Assembly: GCF_009914755.1 (NCBI RefSeq)
Contig: NC_060933.1
Length of the DNA stretch: 64,000 bases
Strand: one strand, 5' to 3'
From: the human T2T-CHM13v2.0 reference genome, Homo sapiens
The notes under the pieces were generated by a model that worked only from the letters and a program-made list of their open reading frames with translations, was not told where the DNA came from and searched no databases. The first letter of the stretch is position 1. Each line of letters starts with the position of its first letter. A program made the position numbers and the translations under genes. Shown here in pieces: positions 54,401 to 64,000 of this stretch.

Positions 54401-54854
54401 TGTGTTTGTGTCCTGGGGCTGCGTAACCAAGCACCATCGAATGGGGGCTTAAAACAACAGAAATTTCTTCTCTCCAGTTCTCCCAGTTCTGGAGGCCAGA
54501 AGCCTGAGATCCAGGTGCTGCAGAGCTGTGCTCCCTCTGGAGGCACTGGGGGAGGGTCCTTCCTGCCTCTTCCAGCTCAGGTGGGCTCCATGTGTTTCCT
54601 GGCTTATGGCTACATCATTCTAACCTCTGCCTCCCTCTTCACACGATCCTCTCCTCTTCTCCCTGTGTCTCTCCTCTGCGTGGTTCTTATAAGGACACTT
54701 GTCATTGGATTTAGGGCCCAACCAGGTAATTCAGGATGATCTCATCTAGAGGACCCTACTTTAATTACATTTGCAAAGACTCCTTTATCCAATACAGTCC
54801 CATTCACAAGTTCGGAGGGATACAGCTTTTGGGGAACACCATTCACCCCATACA
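54401..54854 (-). mobile_element. MLT1C-like MaLR solo LTR (sense to VAV2)
   Basis: ggcttaaaacaacagaaattt...agttctggaggccagaagcc...cttataaggacacttgtcattggatttagggccca...taattacatttgcaaagac. Confidence 0.88.
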
Positions 54855-56527
54855 CCCCCTTCTCTCAGGCTTGTCTGGGATCTAGATGGAAAGCCAGGGG
54901 ACCCGGATGCATGGTCCTCAGGCCTTACTTTGAGAACCACCTCTTGCGGCTGTGCCTCACTGGTTGGGTCCCTCACCACCAGCTCTGCCCATCAGGCCCA
55001 CATGGGCCTCCATTTGTAGATGAGGGAACAAGCTCAGGGCTAAGGAACCTGGTGAGGGTCACACCAGGAGCAAGGATCCCAGCCGGGCCTCGAACCCAAG
55101 TCTCTCAACCTCAGGCCAGGCCCTTAACCCTGAGCCTCCGGGTCTGGGACCCACCACGCCCTACCCTGCTCTGCCCTGACCCAGGTACAGCTGCAGTGTG
55201 TTCACCTGCACGTGACCAGTGGCCCGGTGTCCACTCCCCACATGACCAGGCACATCCCAAGGCTGGCCAGCTCCTGCTATGTCCCAGCACCTGGCCCCGG
55301 GCCCAGCAGAACAAGGCACCAATAGAATGAGGAACGAATGAGGGAATGAGGGAACAAACAAATAAAGAAACAAATGGACGGCTATGGACTCCTTGGGCTG
55401 AGTATCAACATCATGAGACCTCAGGAAAGTGATGCTTTCTGGGCCTCAGTTTCCCCATCTGTAACGGGAGGGAATGAAAGATCCTTCTGGTATGAATGTG
55501 CCAGGCTCTAGGAGCTGAACACAGCCTCTGAAATGTGAGCCAGCAGGGCCCCGTGAGCCCACTGGGGTCACCTGGAGACACCTGCCAGGTCCCAGGACTT
55601 GCCCTGAATCCCTTTGTCTTCCCATCTCACTGCCCTGATGTGCCTCAGCCCAGGAGGAAGCTCACACCCTCAGGCTCTTCCTCAAACAGAGGGTTCTCTC
55701 ATCTTGACACAAGTGACATTTGTCCACGAGGATCAGCCAATGGTGGGCAGGGTACCACCCTGCTGTCGACTGGCACACCTAGGATGTCCTCCCCCATCAT
55801 GGTGCCATGAAGAACAAGCCCAAATTCCAGGCATCTGAGCTGCCCGAGTAGGCCTAGGGCAGGTGTGATGCTCTGGAGCTGAAAACTGGAGCAGACACAC
55901 AACTGCTGAGGCACATTTTTCTCCAGCATCTTCTAAAACCACTTTCATGGACAGTCATGCCCCTGGGGCTCTGCGGGCTTTAGGGGATTCCTGAGTTCCG
56001 CTGCAGATGGTGCCACATGGCCTCCACCACGCACTCAGGAGACAACTTTGCAGCCATGTGTCGCATGGAAAGTCTGGTCACACGACCTCCTTTAACCCTT
56101 GCAGCCTTCCAGGTGGGTGCCGGGAGATCCCCATTTGCAGGGGAGGAACCTGAGGCACAGAGTGGCAGCTCCTCCTCCTCCTCCTGACTCTCAGCTTTTG
56201 GACCCACTGTGTGCCAGGCACTATACTGAGAACTTTACAGACATCATCTTTTGAATCCTCATAACAATCCAGTAACTCCAAAGGGCCGGTGAGGACACTG
56301 AGGTTCAGGGTGTAAGAAATTGATCCAGCATCTCATCAGCACCCGAGTGAACCAAGTCAGCTCATTCATCCACCCACATCATATTGTTCTGTGCCTACTA
56401 TGTGCCTGGGAGCAGATGGGTCCTAACCTCACAACAGAGGTTGCAGCCTTAATGATTCTAGAGTACCACACTGAGACCAATCGCGTTATATTCATGTGAA
56501 ATAGGGCAGAGCGAAATGGACAGAAGG

Positions 56528-57220
56528 GTGGATGGATGGATGGATGGATGGATGGATGGATGAGTGGATAAATGAATGGATGAATAGATGGGTGAATGAA
56601 TGGGTGGATGGGTATATTGGGTGGATGCATGGATGGGTGGGTAAATAAATGGATGGGTGAATAAATGGATGGATGGATGGATGGATGGATGGATGGATGC
56701 ACAAATGGGTGGATGGATGGATGGATAGGTGGGTGAATAAATGGATGGATGCATGGATGGATGGATGGATGGGTGGATGGATGGATGGATGGATGGATGG
56801 ATGGATGGATGGATACATGGATGTATGGATGGAAGGATGGATGAATGGATGGACAGATGGATACATGGATGGATGGATGTGTGGTGGAAGGATGTATGGA
56901 TGTATGGATGTATGGATGGATGGATAAATGAGTGACAGACGGGCTGATGAGTGGACAGATGGACAAACTGAAGAATGGATGGGTGGATGGGTGGCTTGAT
57001 GGGTTGTAGGGTGCTTGAATGATGGGTGGGTGGGTAGATGTAGCGATGAGGGGACGGATGGACAGACTGATGAATAGACAGGGAGATGGGTGGCTTGGTG
57101 GGTGCGTGGATGGGTTGTAGGGTACCTGGATGGGTGGAAGGATGAAAGAATGGACAGGCAGATGGGTAGATATATACGTGGATAGATGATGAATGAATGG
57201 TAGATGGGTAGATAAGTGAG
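56528..57220. repeat. About 0.7 kb (TGGA)n simple-repeat array
   Basis: Read directly. Confidence 0.96.
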
Positions 57221-58861
57221 TAGACAGAAGAATAAAAAGAAGGAAGGAAAGAAGGCAGAGCAGAAGGGTGGGGGGAGTGCGGGGATGGGAAGGAGGGAGT
57301 GAGAGGAGAAAAGCAATAATAAAATCCATTAGATGAGCCAGAGAAGTATTCTCAGTGGGCAAATTGGCAGCTCAGCAAGTTCATCTGACAATGGCTGTGA
57401 TGATCCGGGAGTGGAGCAAAGAGAGAAACTCAGCTGCATTTTGTCTTTTAAAGACAGACACAGGCAGATCCCTGCCCCACTGCAGAAGCTCAGGCTGGCT
57501 GTTCACGCCCCCCTGCCAGGCTGCCAGCCCTGCTTCTCCTGACCGTCTCCAGCAAGAGGGAGCTCATCTACACCAGCCACGCAGTAAACAGCCAGTTACT
57601 GTATTTCTGAACAAATGTGTCTCCTTTACACCATCATCCTCATGGTGGCAGCCGCAAAGAGGACACACCAGTGTTCCCTAGCCCTGCCACTCGGCTAGGG
57701 GTGCAGGGTGGGGGCACAGCCCCTGCTGACCCATTGGGCCCCCCCTGCCATTTCTGTGCTACACATAGACTCACCCCAGGTTGCACTGGCCAATGTGCAC
57801 CATGCACTTCCCGTGTGCCAGGCCCAGAGAGTCACCCGATTCTCTCACTCAGTCCTTATGAAAACCCCACACACAAGATGCCATAGTCACCCTATTCACA
57901 GACGACATCCCAGGTCTAGGAGGTGGCAAGACTGGATTCCAGCCGCCAGCCACTCGGCTGTCAGGTAAAAGCCGTGGCAGGCCCAGGACAGCAGGAAGAG
58001 GTTCAAAGCCTTCTCCGTGGGGCCAGGTGCACACTCCTGGTGGCCAGTGGGCCAGGTTGTGGCTTTAGCACAGCAAAGGTCAGTGTTCTGCTGCCCCTGC
58101 AGATGTGGCCTCCCTCTACCCCAGGGCCACTCATTCCTTCCCAAGTGTGGGTCTCCAGTCAGCAAGCATGGGGAGAGGGTCCTCGGCCAAGAGAGGGTGG
58201 AAGGCTTGGTACAGAGCTGCCCCCAGGCTGAGCAGCAGCACTGGACACTAGGCCAGGTCTAGTGCATGGAAAAGGAATCCCTCAGGCACTGGGGAGGCCC
58301 TGCCCCAGCGGCCTCTGCTGACGCTTGCTTGTCCCCTCTCTGCACCATGAGTCCCACCCACCAGTGGCAACTCCCACAGGTGTGGCAGGTTCCATCTGAC
58401 AAGCACCCAAAAGGCTAGAGCGGGGCAGGGAACGGCCAAGCGGAGTCTGCATCACCCTGCACTACAGCCAACCCACACATGCCGCCCCCCTTTGCTGCAC
58501 CAAAGCGCTTCCCCACCCAGGGCCAGCTCTGTCACTAGCCTTGGCTGCCACATCAGCATTGGCATCCCTAAACCAAAAGAAACCAAGCCAGGCCTGAGTG
58601 CCCTGGGCTCTCCCTCCCCATGCCAACACTGCCCAGACAGGACAGCCGAGCACCCTCCCTTCACCTGTCCTCACCATGAGGAGCACCAGCCCTTGAGAAC
58701 CTGCAACCAAGCCCCAGGGAGGATCCAAAACACTCTGGGTGCCTGCTGCTCCCGCTGGCATGATCCCTACATTCAGACTCAACTGTGGGAGATACTGGGA
58801 TACAGAATGAGCAAGATCCAGGCCTGCCGGGAGCTCCCAGTGCAGAGATGGGTGTGGGCAC

Positions 58862-59232
58862 ATGAGCATATATACACACACGTGTGCACACACACACACC
58901 CATCTGCACATACACACACACTCCATGAACCTGCACACCTGCACATACACCCCCATCTGCACATGCACACACATACCCCTTGCACCTGCACACACACACC
59001 CCTTGCACCTGCACACACACATCTGCATATGCACACACACCCCATGTACCTGCACACACACAAATCTGCAATGCACACACACACCCATGTGCACCTGCAC
59101 ACATACATGCACTCATCTGCACACACACACGCACATACCCATATGCACACACACACACCCATGTGCACCTGCACACACACCCCCATGTGCACATGTACAT
59201 ACACACACGCGCACACCCATACACACGCACCA
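58862..59232. repeat. Degenerate (CA)n-based repeat (cacacacacccatgtgcacctgca-type subunits)
   Basis: Read directly; UG-rich on the VAV2 pre-mRNA strand. Confidence 0.93.
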
Positions 59233-60719
59233 TCTAACACAGTTTGTTCTGCCTAAACTTGGAGGCCCCAGCCATGGCTGGACGAATGCAAAAGAGGAGC
59301 AGTGGTGCGAATGAGGCAGTGACCATGCCAGGCCAGAGAACTGGGGCTGCCCACTGCTACTCCTCACTGAGTTGCCCTTGGCTTGTGCTACTGACCAGGG
59401 CAACAGAGGCCTGGGGTGTGGAAGAGGTGCCAGACTGATGGAGCAAGCCAGCTGGTGACTCGAGCCTACCCTTCAGAGAGCTGGCCGCTGTGACCAGAAG
59501 CAGGCTGGAGGGGGCCAGACCCCAGCCTCAAAGCCCAGCAATCCAAAGGTGGCCTCTTCTGACCTCCCCTCCCCAGGAAGGAGTTTAATGTCTTCCAATT
59601 ACTCCCCTCCCACTCCCTATGCAGAGGAGGTTGAATCCATTATTGTAACGAAAGGAAAGAAAAGGAAAAAAAAGACTCTCCAATTAGGCTGGCCCAGGGA
59701 CTCACATGTCATCCTGTCCCCTCACAGCAGACCCACTGAGGACAGGTGGCCAGGATGTTTGATGTCACCAGGTGGGACAATTAAACCCATCTTGCTGGCG
59801 GGATGAGCTGCTAAGCATATAATGACTGCCACCTTCCGTCCCCATCTCCTCTCAGCCCAATTACCTGGAATTAAGCAGGCAACACCAGATGGGAAAAGGG
59901 ACACCAGCCCAGATGGAAGAAAAAGGGACACCAGCCCGGATGGAAGAGAGTGGAGAGAGCAGGGGATGCTGTGCCCAAGAGAGAAGGCTACAGGAGCCAC
60001 AGCAATGTCTTCAAACACAGCAAAGACTCAGGGGAGAAGAGGCCGGGACTCGTGGGGCAGGACAAGGTGTTGGCGTGCGGACCCTTCACCTTGGCTCACA
60101 GTGTGCAGAGAGGGTAGCACATTCGTTCACGGAGGTGTGGGAACTGCAGAGTCTGCCAAGGCCCATTCACGGAGCCTCCGGCTGAGATGTCTCACATGAG
60201 AGGTATTTGGTACCTTGTAGGTGATTTGGGAAGGCAAAACCAGGTTTGGGAGTGGAAGTCAAGGACGCAGCCCTCACCACTGCACAAACAGACTTTCTCA
60301 TTATCAGGGCCAGCCAGCAAGGCACGGGGTTCCAGTGCTCTCCCGGCCACTGCAGGAGCAGAGGCTAAAAGGAAAGAACTCAGCAAGAGGCTGTCTCTGC
60401 AAGCTGCCTCCGTATCCCGGGAGGGCACCCGGCCTCTCCCTGCACGAGCCGCATCTTAGGTCTCGTTGCCCAGTGCTCCGGGATAAAGCCTGCCACCCGC
60501 CACCAGCTCCCCCCGCACATGGGAAGACCAAAAGGTGGGTCCTTGAAGCCATAAGGAAATGCGAGGTCACTGCTTCCAGTTCCTAATGCTTTGTCGTGCT
60601 TAGATTCAATACGGGTATGTCTGATATTCTGAGAATTCACTTCAAATTGAAGCAGGAAGTTCCAGCTTACTTCCATTTCTCTCACTCCAACCTCAGCCTG
60701 ACCCCTGTCCCCTGCCTTG

Positions 60720-61170
60720 CAGCCGTCACAGCAATGCTAGTCACAGGAGCCAAAAGGTGGAAACAGGCCAGAGTTCATCACGTGATAAACGGATACGCAA
60801 AATATGGCCTAGCCACACACTGGAATGTTCCACGGCCATAAAGAGGAATGACGCAATGACCGGCTACGGCTGGGTGAACCTTGAAAACAAGATGCGGGGT
60901 GGGAGAAGCCACGTGCGAAAGGCACGCACCGTATGATTCCATGGACATGAAACATCCAGAACAGGCAAACAGAAAGCAGGCTGGGGGCTGCCTGAGGCTG
61001 GGGAGGGCGGTGACTGCTCATGGCGACCGGTTTCTTCCTGGGGTGTGAAGATGTTGTGAAAGCAGATAGAGGTGGTGGTTGCACAACATGGTGAAAGTAC
61101 TAAATGCCACTGAATTGCGTACTTTACAAGGGTTACATTTATGTGATATGAATGTATTTCAATTTTTACA
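60720..61170 (+). mobile_element. L1MB-type 3' end fragment
   Basis: agccaaaaggtggaaaca...gaaccttgaaaaca...tatgattccat...ggtggttgcacaacatggtgaaagtactaaatgccactgaattg. Confidence 0.85.
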
Positions 61171-61260
61171 AGTCAGAAAGCAGAAGAGAGGGTGGCAGGG
61201 CTGGGCCAGGATGAGACAATCAAAGCCAGGAGCCCAGCCCAGTGAGGAGCCAGGGTTGAG

Positions 61261-61382
61261 CCCCAACCGGGTCCCCATGCTGGTATGTGCCCCCCACCGG
61301 GACCCCATGCTGGTATGTGCCCCCCACCGGGACCCCATGCTGGTATGTGCCCCCCACTGGGACCCCATGCTGATATGTGCCC
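61261..61382. repeat. Minisatellite, 4 x 30 bp (cccccaccgggaccccatgctggtatgtgc)
   Basis: Read directly. Confidence 0.95.
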
Positions 61383-61449
61383 AGACACGCCACATAGCTG
61401 GGCCTTCAGACAGCCTCCCAGCCAATCCAGGGGGCTCTGCTCCTGCTCT

Positions 61450-61790
61450 AACAGGTCACCAGAGAGTTGGAGAGTTGGTGGCTTCAAGCAACACAGACTC
61501 TTACAGTTCAGGGGGTCAGAAGTCTGAAGCGGGTCTTAGGGGCTGGCGTCAAGGTATCGAGGGGCTGGTCCCTTTCAGGAGGTGCCGGGGAGAATTTGTC
61601 CCTTACCTTTTCCAGCTTCCGAAGCTGCCTGCATTCCTGGGCCCACAGCCCCATCGCTCTAACTCTGCCGTCACATCTCCTTTTTCTGACTCTGACCTTC
61701 CTGCGTCCCTCTTAAAATTATGTGTATTTACATCTGCGAAAACCCTTTTCCTCGTCACACTCTCAGGGTTCGGGGGTTAGGACATCCACC
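61450..61790 (-). mobile_element. MLT1-type MaLR LTR, degenerate
   Basis: ggtggcttcaagcaacac...acagttcagggggtcagaagtctgaa...ggggagaatttgtcccttaccttttccagcttc...acatctgcgaaaaccctttt. Confidence 0.75.
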
Positions 61791-63249
61791 TAGCAGCCGC
61801 GGGCCTTCCACAAGGACCAGGTGCTGCGCTGCACGATGCACAGACACAGAGCAACCCCGCGAGGCAGAGTCATGCTCCCAGCCTACAGAAGAGACAAAGG
61901 TTCCAAGAGCATCCCTGCCCAAGGTCATTTGGCTGACAGAAGCTTCCTTCATGGGACCTGACCTCCCAGCCTGAGGACACCTTTCGGTTTCCTTCTCAGG
62001 AAGTCCTACCCTTCACCATCTCCTCCCTCCCAGCCGTTCAGAGCTGTGATGACCCCAAATTAGGGCACCCCCAATCTGGAGGGCTAGCTCTGGCCACAGC
62101 AAGACCCACATCCCCACACGCCTCGCTGGGTGCCTTCCACAAACCCCTCTCCCACTCTACAACCACAATCCTCCCCCTTGCCCCGCTTCCCCAACACGTT
62201 TGATCCCCCAGCCGGCACCAGGGCGGGATTCTTAGATTAAGTCTCCAATTCATCAGCCTCTGAGAAGTATAATTGGGGCTTTTATGGAAAATCAGCTCAT
62301 TATGCAAAGTGCAAGGGTTGTGAAAATGATTTTTTGAAGGAGCACGTTGGGCTCCTACCCAGCCATGAAATGAGGGAGAGATTCTTCAGGGCTGTGGGCT
62401 TGGCTTGTGGGTTTTCAAGAAGGAAAGGGTTGTGTTAAACTAGAACCTTTTGCTAATCACTAACACTACAAAACGCTCGAAATGAAATAGTGTCTTGTGA
62501 AGTGCTGGTGGCTGCCCCCAGAAGGTTCAATTCCCCATGGAAATCCCAGCCCATCCGGAGCAAGGTGGGACATTGCTCAGACGCAGCCACCAAGTGGGGC
62601 TGCCTGGGAGGGTTGCCTGTCACCTGTCTCCTGAGCTCCCGGGTGAGCGTGTGAACCAGTGGAGGTCTGCGCTCAACCCCAAGGGCTGCAGAGGGAAAGG
62701 ACCCAGGAAAAGTCCCAGAGTGGGGCTCAGAGGAGGGAGGGTGGAGGAGAAGGGCAGGAAAGCCAGGCCCCGGGGAGGAGGGCCTGCAGAGGTCTTCCTG
62801 CAAAGCCTCGCTCTGCGCCCAGGAGGCCCTTCCCTTTGGCCTGCAAACACCTCCCCTTCGTCTCTCATGTCTGCCTATCCTGTGTGCAGAAAGGGGTAAC
62901 TGAGCAGGCTTGGGGTGCTCAACCCCTCCACATGCCGAAGACAAGACTGGCTCTTGCTCAGCTCCTAGGAGATGACCTCTAACCTCTAAGCCCCGTAGTG
63001 TCTGCCAGATAGGCCCTCCGGATAAGAGCGTCTTTGTATACCTGAGGCGTTGGGCCACGCAGCGTATGCTCACAATGTGGTTTATGGTGGGGCTGTGGGC
63101 ATGCAGGATCAGTGTGGCCTCTGCAGGCGCTGGGGATGGAGTAACTAAGGTCAGCCTCACAGGCATGCCCAACCCCACCGGCCACCAGTGAGGACCCGCA
63201 CTCCAGGGCTTGGGTGGCAATGTTCTGTGGCTGTTGCCACACATGCCGA

Positions 63250-63455
63250 CTGTCACACACCATTGCTGGGAGAACTGAGCACTATGCAGAAGGCTCTATG
63301 GGGAGGGGATAAATGGAAACCCACGCCCGATGTATCCTGGCTCCACCCCGGGGCCTTTTCCATTTGTTGATTTGACTCTAGATCTTTCTCTGCAACCATA
63401 ATGGCTTCTCCTGGTGAATCTGAGAACCTGAGGATGGTCTTGGGGACCCCACACA
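63250..63455 (+). mobile_element. MER21-like LTR 3' fragment
   Basis: ctcctggtgaatctgagaacctgaggatggtcttggggaccccacaca. Confidence 0.6.
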
Positions 63456-63459
63456 CACC

Positions 63460-63660
63460 CTGCTACTGTCACTGAGTGTGTTTACTGAGCCCTTCTCTGG
63501 GCCGAGCCCTGAGCCCTGGGATTTACAGGTCTCATCTCAATAAATCCGAGACGCCCCCAGTGTTTATCCTCATCTTGCAGATGTAAAAAGGGAGGCTCGG
63601 GGAGACATCTCCGGCATGAGGTCCACAGCTAAGCAGGACACAGACTTCAGAGCTGGGTCC
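63460..63660 (-). mobile_element. MIR
   Basis: tttatcctcatcttgcagatgtaaaaagggaggctcgggg...ggtccacagctaag. Confidence 0.55.
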
Positions 63661-64000
63661 ACCGACATGCAGCCCTGGCTCGTCACACCTCCACTCGGGT
63701 CTCCTGTGGGGTGGCAGCCTTCAGGGCTGGGGTCTACAGTCCCAGTCCAGGGGGCCACTGTGCCCACATGCTGCCTGGGCAGTTCCCCGACCTGAGAGGG
63801 AAGAGGGCAGGTTTCCCTGTACATCTGCCAGCCCCAGGACCAGGGCCAGCAAGCAGGGCCAACCGACTGCTCTGCCCATCCTGGGAGGAGCGGCAGCGTG
63901 AAGCACCAGCAGCATCCTCTTGGGTTGGCTGGGTGGAGGGGCCAGAGACGTGGGGGACGGAGGGGGTGGCCCGGAGGGAGGGTGCCCACCCCGGGCCTCA

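Noticed and set aside
54401-54854. Loss of AATAAA in sense-oriented MLT1 LTRs (54401, 61450) as selection against premature polyadenylation
   Set aside because: The antisense MLT1 at 7620 and the THE1 have also lost the signal, so neutral decay explains it
58462-59314. C/V- or H/T-rich ORFs resembling metal-binding proteins
   Set aside because: Translation of the (CA)n/(TG)n repeat

Overview
GC-rich primate (human-type) genomic DNA lying wholly inside the VAV2 gene (Rho/Rac guanine-nucleotide exchange factor; human chr9q34.2 by prior knowledge), transcribed on the minus strand. Nine coding exons can be read with canonical GT-AG boundaries and continuous phase (conventional exons 4-12: 69, 103, 15, 99, 69, 101, 100, 96 and 69 bp). 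They encode the acidic autoinhibitory region (Y142, Y159, Y172), a 15-nt microexon (IRYMQ) absent from the ORF track, and most of the DH domain. The rest is intron: Alus (several with TSDs and in inverted pairs), old L1/L2/MIR fragments, MaLR/ERVL/ERV1 LTRs, hAT-derived MERs, minisatellites (50, 48 and 30 bp units), local duplications, two long (TGGA/GGGT)n arrays and two (CA)n tracts. Nearly all long ORFs in the track are artefacts of GC-rich or repeat sequence. I find no clearly new gene system. The best leads are regulatory and are inferences: the microexon, a predicted TDP-43-repressed 47-nt cryptic poison exon in intron 3, a UG-repeat 3' splice site at exon 10, a strong-Kozak internal ATG that would give an autoinhibition-free VAV2, and several motif-dense intronic enhancer candidates. 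Repeat subfamily calls come from recalled consensus similarity and are approximate.
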